DNA from: a virus
Length of the DNA stretch: 64,000 nt
Reading direction: 5' to 3' (one strand)
Virus record (IMG/VR): IMGVR_UViG_3300032315_000675
Span: 13,404-77,403 of that record
The notes under the pieces are model-generated. The model searched no databases and was not told where the DNA came from. It worked only from the letters and a program-made list of their open reading frames with translations. Position 1 is the stretch's first letter. Each line of letters begins with the position of its first letter. The translations under genes were made by a program, and so were the position numbers. Below, piece by piece: positions 19,847 to 29,077 of the stretch.

Positions 19847-20155
19847 ATGGCAAATGCAGAACCAAAAGCTAAGATTAGACCCAACGTTGCTCTCAAGGAG
19901 CCGCCCCTATACAAGGTCATCTACATGAATGATGAACACACATCGATGGAATTTGTGATTGAAAGTCTATGTGAATATTTCAACTACAATCCGGACACTG
20001 CTACGCAGATTACAGTAGATGTTCACGAAAAGGGTAGTGCAGTTGTTGCAGTTTTGCCTTATGAAATTGCAGAACAAAAGGGTATCGAAGTGACACTTGA
20101 TGCACGTGCCCAAGGATTTCCGCTTCAGGTCAAAGTCGAAGCAGAATCAGACTGA
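19847..20155 (+). CDS. clpS: N-degron adaptor ClpS
   Basis: PPLYKVIYMNDEHTSMEFV, VHEKGSAVV, YEIAEQK, FPL. Confidence 0.93.
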   Translation: MANAEPKAKIRPNVALKEPPLYKVIYMNDEHTSMEFVIESLCEYFNYNPDTATQITVDVHEKGSAVVAVLPYEIAEQKGIEVTLDARAQGFPLQVKVEAESD

Positions 20156-20848
20156 CAATGTTATTCTCTTGGCCCAATAAGGTTGCTTATAGGGGCGAGG
20201 GTTATTGACATAATTTACGTTACCTAAACAAGTGTCAACCATCTTATCATAGGTTCCAAATACCCAATGCGTTACTTTGCGTTCAGTATCAATTTTTAAA
20301 GCAACGTGCAAGGGTATTTGGGCCGCTGTTACTTCAGGAGTTTCTTTGAAATACAAGTCTGGGTGAGGTACTGCATTAGTTACAACAATGACTTTCGTGA
20401 TATCCAAATGTCTTTGAAGTTTTTCAATAGATTTATATAGATATGTTGTATCTTCTTCTCTCGACGCTGCTTCCATTAAGTTTTCTAATGTTAGGTTGTC
20501 GGTATCAACGTTAGACCATCCGTTAGCACCAATGATGGCAATTCCGTCAATCATCACTACATGGTGATGTAGTATGCAAACATTAGGAATAGGAAGAGTT
20601 AAATTCATCAACTCTTCTGTCCTAGACTGAATGTCAGTGGCAGTCTCATACTCTAATGTACCCGGAACGAAAAACACACCCTGATAACAAGTACCAAGAT
20701 GTGCTAACGTTTGAAGTATAGTTCGCAAGTCAGAACTAATGTTGCCCGACACAATACAGTACAAACTAGACGCCTTGTTTTCCCAATTGAAGCTGTCTTC
20801 GGGTGATAAGTTTAGATCACCGAGGACATCAAAGCCGATATCTTGCAT
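20147..20848 (-). CDS. degenerate calcineurin-like metallophosphoesterase
   Basis: GDLNL, SGNI, VPGTLEY, VTNAVP, WVFG, VNNPR: fold motifs present but His ligands lost. Confidence 0.6.
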   Translation of the reverse strand: MQDIGFDVLGDLNLSPEDSFNWENKASSLYCIVSGNISSDLRTILQTLAHLGTCYQGVFFVPGTLEYETATDIQSRTEELMNLTLPIPNVCILHHHVVMIDGIAIIGANGWSNVDTDNLTLENLMEAASREEDTTYLYKSIEKLQRHLDITKVIVVTNAVPHPDLYFKETPEVTAAQIPLHVALKIDTERKVTHWVFGTYDKMVDTCLGNVNYVNNPRPYKQPYWAKRITLSV

Positions 20849-20859
20849 CTTTAGTTAGA

Positions 20860-21126
20860 TTACTTTGCAATCTTAATCTTAGGCTTCTTGATCGGTTTTT
20901 TAACAGCTTCTTCCGCTTCATGAATTTCCTCTGACGGAGAATCCATCTGAGGAACGTCCGTGATCTCAACTTCCTCGATCTCAGGCTCCGGTGGCCAGAC
21001 TTCTGGTAAAACTTCTTTATCGATGACGGGTTCTGATTCTTCATTGCGTCTGTCAGTATACTTCTTATATGCGTGATAACCGACAAAAAGTGCTAATGCG
21101 GCTAAGAGAGCTAGTGCGATTTCCAT
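20860..21126 (-). CDS. small membrane-anchored protein
   Basis: N-terminal TM, acidic middle, Lys-rich tail; TATAAATA and AGGAG upstream. Confidence 0.7.
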   Translation of the reverse strand: MEIALALLAALALFVGYHAYKKYTDRRNEESEPVIDKEVLPEVWPPEPEIEEVEITDVPQMDSPSEEIHEAEEAVKKPIKKPKIKIAK

Positions 21127-21200
21127 ATGATTCTCCTATTAAGTATGGTATCCATACTGTATTTATATACGACTACATAACCCGAAAGAATAAATAATTA

Positions 21201-21242
21201 ATGCATGACCTTGTAGACAGATTGGAACTTATCAACGAATGA
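21201..21242 (+). CDS. 13-aa leader ORF MHDLVDRLELINE, possibly the frameshift-separated N-terminus of the next gene
   Basis: follows ATAAATA; its TGA overlaps the ATG at 21239. Confidence 0.5.
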   Translation: MHDLVDRLELINE

Positions 21243-22567
21243 GTACAGGACTGGCTGGCAGAGGAACGGGTGACGTTTTTCGCAATAGCGACGGTGACGA
21301 GATCACTTTCGACAACATCATTTTTGTCCCCGGACAGGGAGGAAAATTAGAGTATAAGGAGCTAAACGACGCTCTAATTTCCGTTGACAGTGCCGTGCAA
21401 TGGTTGAACACCCGCACCGGTCGTACGGGAGGGTATGCTATTGCTACCTTTAATGGTCCTGCTGGTCCTTTATATTTTGGTAGATATTTAGAAAATGTCA
21501 AGGCTAACTTCGTATCTAACTTTGTTCCTAATCATGTAGCAGGGTATAAACTTGCAACTAAGACGGCACTGAAAGCCCAAGCCGGGCTGACCCCTCAGGA
21601 ACTTCTGACAGAAAAGACAGACCTAACGGTAAATAATATTGTTACTCAGCTTTCAATAAGCTTAGGTACCGACAGCCCGCTGTATGCAGTTGCACATAGG
21701 CTGGCTGAAGGTGATCCGCTACCAATGACCTTTTCGGCTCCTGCCGGGACTAGCTTCTCTGCATTTAGAGATTACTTTTGTGAAATCTTGCAACCTATCG
21801 CCCTCCAAAGAGGTCAATGTACAGGTAATGCAGATGAAGCTGCTAAAATCTTTTTGGGCGGTAGCTTTGACGATACTCTAATCTCATTTGATTTCAGCAA
21901 GACTGCTGGATTGAGTGATAGTACGATGTCTAAAGAAGACGGCAAATATATAAAGGTTAGTAGCAAAGGCGGCACCGGTGCAACTGCTAGTACAAAGAAT
22001 CTCATCACTAGCCTTGATGAACTAGCTCACACTCCTGACGGTAAAAAGTTGTTAGCTGAACATTCCGAAGTTGTAGAAATGTTGCGTGAGATAGCTGCAT
22101 CAGGACAAGTAGGTGCTCCTCTTGGTTTAGGAGTTAAGTTTGGTATCATCGATGAAGAAGATGCTGTACAGATTCGTGACTTAAAGGACATCCCGCCGAC
22201 CAAAGAAGATAAGATCGATGATCTTGGGTTAAGCGATAATCTTATAAGGTTAGCTAAATCTAGAAAGCCGGATAACCCAGAAAGAATCAGTTTATACTTC
22301 CATCTAATCGCTGCAATAGCACACAAAGTTGCAAAGGAAGTAAACGAGACTACTGGATTCAGCAAGGCAGCCGCAGACATCCTAAACAACGGTGCGTTGA
22401 TACAGGTTTATACTGAGGCCAAGGAAGACAAGGAAAATTGGATACTAGATAAGTTCAACGCAGTTTATCCCGGCAATAGCATCAAGGGTGTCTATCTATC
22501 GGCTTCTAAGACGTACTACAGCACCGGCATCAAGGGTAACTTCACGTTCAAGATTGATCGAGGTTAG
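21239..22567 (+). CDS. hypothetical late protein, possible PD-(D/E)xK-like domain
   Basis: 442-aa ORF; FCEIL...LSDS...KVSSKGG. Confidence 0.6.
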   Translation: MSTGLAGRGTGDVFRNSDGDEITFDNIIFVPGQGGKLEYKELNDALISVDSAVQWLNTRTGRTGGYAIATFNGPAGPLYFGRYLENVKANFVSNFVPNHVAGYKLATKTALKAQAGLTPQELLTEKTDLTVNNIVTQLSISLGTDSPLYAVAHRLAEGDPLPMTFSAPAGTSFSAFRDYFCEILQPIALQRGQCTGNADEAAKIFLGGSFDDTLISFDFSKTAGLSDSTMSKEDGKYIKVSSKGGTGATASTKNLITSLDELAHTPDGKKLLAEHSEVVEMLREIAASGQVGAPLGLGVKFGIIDEEDAVQIRDLKDIPPTKEDKIDDLGLSDNLIRLAKSRKPDNPERISLYFHLIAAIAHKVAKEVNETTGFSKAAADILNNGALIQVYTEAKEDKENWILDKFNAVYPGNSIKGVYLSASKTYYSTGIKGNFTFKIDRG

Positions 22568-22674
22568 GGGTACTCAATGATAAGGCGTTCATTGCGAAAG
22601 TAATAGGTATCCAAACTCTTTGCTTTTAGCACCAAAGTAGTCTATCATTATTAAATCATTAAGAAGGATATTAC

Positions 22675-23268
22675 ATGAGCCTAGTCCCAATCGTACTCGA
22701 ACAAACCAGCCGCGGCGAACGCAGCTACGACATTTATTCACGTTTGCTCAGGGAGCGTGTCATTTTGCTTGAGGGCGAAGTGCATGATCAGATGGCTAAC
22801 TTGATTGTTGCACAGCTTCTTTATCTTGAATCAGAAGATTCAGATAAGGATATTTCTCTCTACATCAATAGCCCTGGCGGTAGCGTCACTGCTGGTATGG
22901 CGATCTATGACACCATGATGTTTATCAAGCCGGAAATCACTACGATTGTGATGGGGCAGGCTTGTTCGATGGGTTCGCTTCTTGCACAAGCAGGTGCGCC
23001 CGGTAAGCGAATGATGCTTCCACACGCTCGACATATGATTCACCAGCCCTCGGGAGGCGCACGTGGTCAGGCTACTGATATGGAAATTCAAGTTCGTGAA
23101 ATTCTTGCTGCGAAGAAGTCGTTGACCGAAATCTATGTCAAGCACAATAGCGGTGGTAAGACGTATGAGCAACTCGCCGCTGATATGGAACGAGACTATT
23201 TTATGAGTGCAGAAGAAGCACGAATCTATGGTCTGATTGACAAGGTCGTAACCAGCAGGAATCCATGA
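22675..23268 (+). CDS. clpP: Clp protease proteolytic subunit ClpP
   Basis: [26 protein letters not shown] (Ser), MIHQP (His), ERDYFM (Asp). Confidence 0.97.
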   Translation: MSLVPIVLEQTSRGERSYDIYSRLLRERVILLEGEVHDQMANLIVAQLLYLESEDSDKDISLYINSPGGSVTAGMAIYDTMMFIKPEITTIVMGQACSMGSLLAQAGAPGKRMMLPHARHMIHQPSGGARGQATDMEIQVREILAAKKSLTEIYVKHNSGGKTYEQLAADMERDYFMSAEEARIYGLIDKVVTSRNP

Positions 23269-23428
23269 TCAGGGCCCGAGAGCTACATCTCACCGTTTTG
23301 TGCGTTAGCGTATAAATAAGAGTGAGCGCAATTCACATTTCGGTGAAAAAAGGTTGACTTCGGGTACGCTCTTTGTTAGAGTGCATCATAAGCTGAGAAA
23401 CACAAAATTCAAGGACATCAGATTTAAA

Positions 23429-23638
23429 ATGCTTTTTCAAAAAGTCTTTACACTTCGGGTCATTTACAAGAGTGGTTATGCCATTGACTTTGAAGTCACT
23501 GAATATGAGATCGGTCCGTCTAGCGCCAAGTGGGTTTCTGCCAACGACGAGTTTCGTCCGATCCATCTGAACTACGATGAAGTAGCTTCGGTGTGGAAAG
23601 TCGGTCAACGTCTGCGCCTCAAGTTTTTCAAGAAATAA
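23429..23638 (+). CDS. hypothetical early protein
   Basis: downstream of TTGACTTCGGGTAC promoter at 23354. Confidence 0.65.
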   Translation: MLFQKVFTLRVIYKSGYAIDFEVTEYEIGPSSAKWVSANDEFRPIHLNYDEVASVWKVGQRLRLKFFKK

Positions 23639-23649
23639 GGAAATATAAA

Positions 23650-23865
23650 ATGTCAGAAAAGTATGATGAACGTCACGGAGGTCCCTGGGACCGAGGCTCG
23701 GCTGATAGCTACTACGGTCGGGGTAGTAACCCTCATTACTACAAAGGTGGTAGCTATTCCAGCGAAAGGGTTGAGAAGGAGCGGATGACTCCTGAGGAAA
23801 TCGAAGCCTATCTTGCAGGATACGCAGGAAACGAAGCCGAAGGTAACTTTAAAAACTGGAATTAA
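23650..23865 (+). CDS. hypothetical protein
   Basis: RHGGPWDRGSADSYYGR; AAGGA SD. Confidence 0.75.
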   Translation: MSEKYDERHGGPWDRGSADSYYGRGSNPHYYKGGSYSSERVEKERMTPEEIEAYLAGYAGNEAEGNFKNWN

Positions 23866-23940
23866 AATCGTACCCGAAGTCGTTTTTGGTTGACTTCGGG
23901 TACCTTTTTGTCTATATTAAATCATAAGCTGAGAAATAGG
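23864..23940 (+). promoter_or_regulatory. stem-loop early promoter cassette (repeat family)
   Basis: GTACCCGAAGTC/GACTTCGGGTAC inverted repeat; TTGACT(23890)-17-TATATT(23913); ATAAGCTGAGAAA. Confidence 0.8.
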
Positions 23941-23948
23941 AATATATT

Positions 23949-24356
23949 ATGGCTGAACAAGATCAAACAATCATCCTGACCTGTAAAGGATCGGGCACCG
24001 AACAGTGGACGGCGGTATGTCCTGACTATCCGAAGGACGTTACCTCGGGGCACACTGCTTCGCAGGCCCTTCAGGCTTACAACATCATGCTCTGGCGGAA
24101 GCACTACGATAAGCGGGCGCGCATGGACAAATGCCGTGGCCTGCTACGTGATGAGGTCCGTCGTGCTGCTGGTATCCCTGAATGGGCTTTGCGTTTCCCG
24201 CGTTGGCTTCTCTGGAATAAGAAGGAACGGGATAGTCAGTACGACCGTATGGCCGAGATTGTGAGGCGTATCAGTGCAGCGCCCAATCTCCAGGATGCCA
24301 CTTATGAGGAAGTGACCAAGCTCAGTATTGCCGAGTTCAAGGGTTTGGTTAAGTAA
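23949..24356 (+). CDS. hypothetical protein; N-terminus weakly HicB-like
   Basis: WTAVCPDYPKDVTSGHTASQAL. Confidence 0.55.
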   Translation: MAEQDQTIILTCKGSGTEQWTAVCPDYPKDVTSGHTASQALQAYNIMLWRKHYDKRARMDKCRGLLRDEVRRAAGIPEWALRFPRWLLWNKKERDSQYDRMAEIVRRISAAPNLQDATYEEVTKLSIAEFKGLVK

Positions 24357-24492
24357 TAATTGATGTCTGGAAATGCTAAAGTTTCAAAATAACTGTTGCT
24401 TTTTCCTGTAAAGCGTATGTAATAGAGTATAAGCTGAGAAACAGAGATTTGATAATGTTTGAAGTAACTACCGAGAAGCTCGGAGAATCACA

Positions 24493-25275
24493 ATGACCCC
24501 GTTTATGCCGACAGTCACCCTGTCCCCGGATGCCCTTGTGCGTATCGAGGGTGGCGAGGTTATAACATGGGCCGAGTGCGAACGCCGTTTACTTGCCGCC
24601 CGCACCCCTGACAAAGCCGGCAAAAGACGCCTAAAACTATACCCCTCTGATCCAAAAGGACCGCCCATGTTAAGAAAGCAAATGACCGCCCATGCACCAG
24701 AGGGTGAGCCGCTGTTTGTTAGCGTGACTTGCGGAGGCGAACTCTGCTGGTGCGGAAAGCCTGCGGTCCGAAAGGTTGGGGAGGAGTTTGCGTATGACGA
24801 GCCGAACCCTGAACGACACAACCTCACTCGGTATATCTGCGCCTATCACTTCGCTGAACTCATGGGGCCTGCAGGTGCGCGATCTGTCGGCATTGCCCCT
24901 GCCCCAGAGGGGGAGGCGTGGCGGACTGTTCCGGTAGAGCCGACCGAAGCGATGTTGGACGCGATGTTCACCGCGTATGTCGGCAGCGAAGGCAGTTACC
25001 GAGCCGCCTACTGTGCAATGCTCGCAGCATCCCCTGTCGTTCCGGTAGAGGTGAGCAGGGAGATTGATTTCCCCACAGTTGACGAGCCGATGGCAGACGG
25101 CTTTTTGTATCGAACCACAGTTACCGGCGAGCGCCACATCGTTCATGCCGATACTGGGTTTGTCCTAGTCAAGTTACCCTACGACTATCGTTTTACCGAC
25201 AACGCGACGCAGCGTAGTAACGCCGACGCCATCCTCGCAGCCCTTCGCCCTACCGATACAGGGAGGGAAGGGTGA
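24493..25275 (+). CDS. mosaic hypothetical protein (GC-rich block)
   Basis: contains shared linkers PEGEA, ASPVVPV, ILAALRPTDTGRE; VPVEPTEAML motif. Confidence 0.7.
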   Translation: MTPFMPTVTLSPDALVRIEGGEVITWAECERRLLAARTPDKAGKRRLKLYPSDPKGPPMLRKQMTAHAPEGEPLFVSVTCGGELCWCGKPAVRKVGEEFAYDEPNPERHNLTRYICAYHFAELMGPAGARSVGIAPAPEGEAWRTVPVEPTEAMLDAMFTAYVGSEGSYRAAYCAMLAASPVVPVEVSREIDFPTVDEPMADGFLYRTTVTGERHIVHADTGFVLVKLPYDYRFTDNATQRSNADAILAALRPTDTGREG

Positions 25276-25496
25276 TGGTTCGGCAGAGTTTTCGTTGTGA
25301 TTTGTTCGGACACAAAATGCCGGAACAAGGGTGGTGGGGAGACGGGCTTTATGGCCGGGTCGTTCCCGGCGGCACTGACGGTATCGGTCGATCACATTTT
25401 GACGTTGTTCTCACCTGCCCGCGATGCGGCGCAGATTGGACCACCGCCCGCTTCCACGGTCATCAAGTAGAAAAATACATGGAGCGTCCCCAATGA
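25272..25496 (+). CDS. small Cys/His protein
   Basis: CDLFGHK...CPRCG; GTGA overlap. Confidence 0.65.
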   Translation: MMVRQSFRCDLFGHKMPEQGWWGDGLYGRVVPGGTDGIGRSHFDVVLTCPRCGADWTTARFHGHQVEKYMERPQ

Positions 25497-25765
25497 CCAC
25501 CCCTGACATAGCCGATCTGTTGCACGAGCCTTACCCGCACCCCGCAGTGCCGGTTTACGATCGGACCCGCGATGAGTTTGCAATGACTGCACTGACGGGG
25601 CTTCTATCGGGTCGCGCGTTCTGGTACACCGACGCCTCTAACTATGCAAAAGCTGCCTACATCATTGCCGACGCCATGCTAGCAGAGAGAAACATCATGA
25701 CCCCCGACGAACTCCCCGCTGACGCAAAGCCCGAGCCGCCCTTAAAGGAGAAGACTAATGAATGA
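25493..25765 (+). CDS. hypothetical phage protein
   Basis: RDEFAMTALTGLL...AYIIADAMLAER, a motif common in temperate-phage early genes. Confidence 0.7.
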   Translation: MTTPDIADLLHEPYPHPAVPVYDRTRDEFAMTALTGLLSGRAFWYTDASNYAKAAYIIADAMLAERNIMTPDELPADAKPEPPLKEKTNE

Positions 25766-25952
25766 GATCGATGCAATCCGTCACGTCCGTAAACAGTCAG
25801 AGACTCAGTTTGAGCCCGTCATGCGTAATCTTATTACAGCTATCGGGCAAGCGGAGCGCTTAGGTACGCTAACGCAAGAGCAATTCGATCAACTACATCA
25901 GGCAGCTGATCGACTCCTTACTGCTGCACAGACATCAAAATTGCTAAAATAA
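25758..25952 (+). CDS. hypothetical protein
   Basis: AAGGAG SD. Confidence 0.65.
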   Translation: MNEIDAIRHVRKQSETQFEPVMRNLITAIGQAERLGTLTQEQFDQLHQAADRLLTAAQTSKLLK

Positions 25953-26015
25953 AGGTTGCTTTATTCTTATAAAGTGTATACATTAAATTATAAGCTGAGA
26001 CACAGAGAGATACAC

Positions 26016-26486
26016 ATGAAATTGTTTCTGGTAAAATTCACTGTTTCGTCGTCAACGTATATGAATGACGATGAACGCGACGATGAATACACCCGTATGG
26101 TGGAAGCGGTTGACGAAGACCATGTCGAACGTATTATCAAAAATCAACCAGAGTTTAAAACCGATGAGTATTCGGTTTATCGTCGGGTCTATTTTAATGA
26201 AATTACTACGGTCTTGAGGGATTCGTCAAATTCATCCCCCGACGAACTCCCCGCTGATATGGAGGCGGTTGTCGCGCGGCTTGAGGTGTCGGCAATCGAC
26301 CCTGTTCCGTGGTCGGACCTCCGCGCCCTCCTGAAAGCATACCAAGAGCAGCGCCGGGCTTTGGTGGCCTGTCGGGGTGCCGCCGCGCCGCTGCTGGAGC
26401 AATCCGAAGACCGTGTCTGGCGTCGCGCCAAGATGATCGTGGACACGGTTGACACCGCCCTCAACCAGAAAGGTGATGAACGATGA
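26016..26486 (+). CDS. chimeric hypothetical protein (AT-rich N-half fused to GC-rich C-half at PDELPAD linker)
   Basis: composition shift at ~26236, at a 22-bp repeat shared with 25701. Confidence 0.65.
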   Translation: MKLFLVKFTVSSSTYMNDDERDDEYTRMVEAVDEDHVERIIKNQPEFKTDEYSVYRRVYFNEITTVLRDSSNSSPDELPADMEAVVARLEVSAIDPVPWSDLRALLKAYQEQRRALVACRGAAAPLLEQSEDRVWRRAKMIVDTVDTALNQKGDER

Positions 26487-26986
26487 GCGAGAAACTGTTA
26501 CCTTGTCCGTTCTGTGGGGGCGAAAGTAACCTTTGGCACAACCCGCCGCACAGTTTTGGCGTGGTCTGCGATGCTTGCGGCTGCGAAATTACTGGGCCGG
26601 ACAACACTCGCGCGGGAGCCATCGCAGCATGGAACCGCCGCACCCCTGCACCAGAGGGGGAGGCTTCGCTTTGGGGCTGCGCTGACGGGAACGGAATAGA
26701 CCCACGGTTGGTCTTCCGTGACAGGCCCACTGCCGAACAGGTCGCCGCTGATATGAATATGGTGGTCCAGCCCCTCTACGCATCCCCTGTCGTTCCGGTA
26801 GGGGTGAGCGAAAGAATGGATGAAGTCAAAAGCTGGGTGGAAGACGCGGAGTGCAGCCGAGGTTGCTCGTCTTGGCGTCCTGACGTTCACGGGCGATCAC
26901 GTTGTGACTGTGGGCGAGGGGATGCGCTTGAAGCCACCGACGCCATCCTCGCAGCCCTTCGCCCTACCGATACAGGGAGGGAGTGA
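26483..26986 (+). CDS. Lar-family restriction alleviation protein fused to variable modules
   Basis: LLPCPFCGG...VVCDACG...AIAAWNRR. Confidence 0.8.
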   Translation: MSEKLLPCPFCGGESNLWHNPPHSFGVVCDACGCEITGPDNTRAGAIAAWNRRTPAPEGEASLWGCADGNGIDPRLVFRDRPTAEQVAADMNMVVQPLYASPVVPVGVSERMDEVKSWVEDAECSRGCSSWRPDVHGRSRCDCGRGDALEATDAILAALRPTDTGRE

Positions 26987-27378
26987 TGGGACGCAAACTC
27001 TACCCGTCAAACCCAAAAGCACCGCCGCCTAAACAGGAACCCCCAATGACCACCACTGACATAGCCGGTCTGTGCGAAGGGTTTGACGAACTTCTGATTT
27101 CCCTTCGCAGTGAGACCGATAGCCATCCTCGTGGGGGTCGGAGGCTTGTAAATCCCGATGGCCCCGAAGCAGCCGACACCCTTGAACTCCTAGTCGCTGA
27201 GGTGGAGCGGATGCGGGAGGCTTTGGAGTTCTACGCTGACGAAGATAACTGGTTCGGAGTTTACATGACTGGTTGCGGACCAATGGCTGATGATTGGTCC
27301 ATCGACGGTCACCCCTACTGGCCAGATGGAAAGCCCGGAAAAACCGCCCGAGCCGCCCTTAAAGGAGAAGACCAGTGA
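26983..27378 (+). CDS. hypothetical phage protein
   Basis: NPDGPEAAD, MREALEFYA, ARAALKGE. Confidence 0.7.
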   Translation: MMGRKLYPSNPKAPPPKQEPPMTTTDIAGLCEGFDELLISLRSETDSHPRGGRRLVNPDGPEAADTLELLVAEVERMREALEFYADEDNWFGVYMTGCGPMADDWSIDGHPYWPDGKPGKTARAALKGEDQ

Positions 27379-27525
27379 GCCTAAGACTTTCACGTAAGAC
27401 ACAATTTGTCGAAGGTGGCCTTCTTGATCTTTTATCTTATTTGGATTCTATATCCGGATGGGTAAACTATTGTGAAATTACATTTCTTGAAAGAGGTTAC
27501 GTTGTCCGCACAGGAGAATAATAAT

Positions 27526-27837
27526 ATGGAAGAACTTAAAAATTGGAAACCAATCTCAGACGCACCTAAAGACGGCGCGGCGATCTATACTCACGATGGA
27601 GCGAATCCTGTTATTGCCGCTTGGTGTTCTTGGCCCAACCACAGTTTCGAAGAGGAAGGTCCGTGGTGGAACCGAAGAAAGGTCAAAGTAGAAAAGCCCA
27701 ACACAGAGGGCTGGTATGCCGTATATTGTGTCCGTGGTAAATGGACCGCTTCTCACCAGATTTTCCCATCACTTTGGAGGCCCTTGCCAAAGATGCCTTG
27801 GGAATGCATCCCTACCGATACAGGGGTGGAAGGGTGA
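27526..27837 (+). CDS. DUF551-like phage protein
   Basis: WKPISDAPKDG...PSLWRPLP; AGGAG SD. Confidence 0.7.
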   Translation: MEELKNWKPISDAPKDGAAIYTHDGANPVIAAWCSWPNHSFEEEGPWWNRRKVKVEKPNTEGWYAVYCVRGKWTASHQIFPSLWRPLPKMPWECIPTDTGVEG

Positions 27838-27941
27838 TGGGCTTCGTAATCGGCATAGTGATCGTTTCGGGTCTCGTCATCGCCATAGGCTTCGCTCCTG
27901 CGAAGAAAGACTATCGCACCCTGACATGTGACTTCGACTAG
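27837..27941 (+). CDS. small membrane peptide
   Basis: TGATG overlap; hydrophobic. Confidence 0.45.
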   Translation: MGFVIGIVIVSGLVIAIGFAPAKKDYRTLTCDFD

Positions 27942-27955
27942 AAAGGTGATGAACG

Positions 27956-28147
27956 ATGACCGATACAGTAGAAGAATTATTCCGAATGCAAGTTGCACAT
28001 GGGCTGGAGAAGTCCACGTTGCTAAAAGACTCCGGAGGTTGGCCGGACTACCAAGAAATTTCTGATTACATTGATCGAATGGACAAAACAGAGTTTCTTT
28101 TGTATCTATCGATAGCGATTGAAGATCGACTTAGAAATCTGGAATGA
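27956..28147 (+). CDS. hypothetical protein
   Basis: AAGGTG SD within the shared linker. Confidence 0.6.
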   Translation: MTDTVEELFRMQVAHGLEKSTLLKDSGGWPDYQEISDYIDRMDKTEFLLYLSIAIEDRLRNLE

Positions 28148-28174
28148 CATGTCATCTTGCACATACTAGTAATT

Positions 28175-28260
28175 AAAAATCGTATCCGAGGTCATTTTTT
28201 GTTTGACTTCGGGTACCCGTTTTGCTACATTGAATCATAGACAGCAGCAAACGGAGATAT
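28175..28260 (+). promoter_or_regulatory. stem-loop early promoter cassette (repeat family)
   Basis: near copy of 10622; TTGACT(28203)-17-TACATT(28226)-GAATCATAGACAG. Confidence 0.8.
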
Positions 28261-28264
28261 CACG

Positions 28265-28516
28265 ATGAATACTATGTTCTTCAAAGTCCGCGCAAAACCC
28301 ACCGACGCGCAAGTGATCCAGCTTAGTGCTGACTTTTACGAAAACTTTACCAACAAAAACGCGATGTACTTCACCGAGATTGCGATTAACGCAGACACTA
28401 CGCTTGCTACCGTGCAAAACAAAGCAGAAGTGATTGCGAACTGGCAACGCGCCCGTGCCGTAGTCGCTTACCAAAGTAAAGTAGTGAAACTGCTCACCCA
28501 ATCGCAACGCAAATAA
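28265..28516 (+). CDS. hypothetical early protein
   Basis: GGAG SD after promoter. Confidence 0.65.
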   Translation: MNTMFFKVRAKPTDAQVIQLSADFYENFTNKNAMYFTEIAINADTTLATVQNKAEVIANWQRARAVVAYQSKVVKLLTQSQRK

Positions 28517-28607
28517 AAGATCATTTACCCGATCTTTTCGGTTGACATTGGTTACCCTCTTTGCTACATTGAATCATAGACAGACACAAACAAACGGAGA
28601 TACGAAC

Positions 28608-28883
28608 ATGATCTACACTCTCAAGATTTATCGTTATGATCGTCGCTGCAAGAGCGGTGAACGCTTCGTCAAGACCTACGAGTATGATCGCCCGGACGAT
28701 GCTTCGATGGATCGTGAAGTCAACGCTCTCCGTGGCTGCGGCTACTTTGACGACATGTTCCGCATCGAATATGCTCCCAAGTTCATCACTGTCAAGAACC
28801 TGATGAGCGGCAAGGATGTGCAGGTTGCTGCTGATACTCCCTACTACCTTCGTCCCGACTCTGAATCCTACTGGTGCAACTAA
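28608..28883 (+). CDS. hypothetical early protein
   Basis: own promoter at 28542; DRRCKSGE...NLMSGK...TPY...PDSESYW. Confidence 0.75.
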   Translation: MIYTLKIYRYDRRCKSGERFVKTYEYDRPDDASMDREVNALRGCGYFDDMFRIEYAPKFITVKNLMSGKDVQVAADTPYYLRPDSESYWCN

Positions 28884-28884
28884 G

Positions 28885-29076
28885 ATGACTATGACGACCG
28901 AAATGACCAACCCCGAACTTCTCAACTATTTGATTGAGTCCGCAACTGTTCCCGCAGAAGCAAAGACTGCATATTCTGCTGGTTACTTTGAGGGAACTCT
29001 GCTGACCCTGATGGAACGTTTTCCTGAGGTTCGTGCAGAGATTGAAGACCGCGTAAACTATCGTAGGAGCAACTAA
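28885..29076 (+). CDS. hypothetical protein
   Basis: closely spaced ORF; AYSAGYFEG. Confidence 0.65.
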   Translation: MTMTTEMTNPELLNYLIESATVPAEAKTAYSAGYFEGTLLTLMERFPEVRAEIEDRVNYRRSN

Positions 29077-29077
29077 G

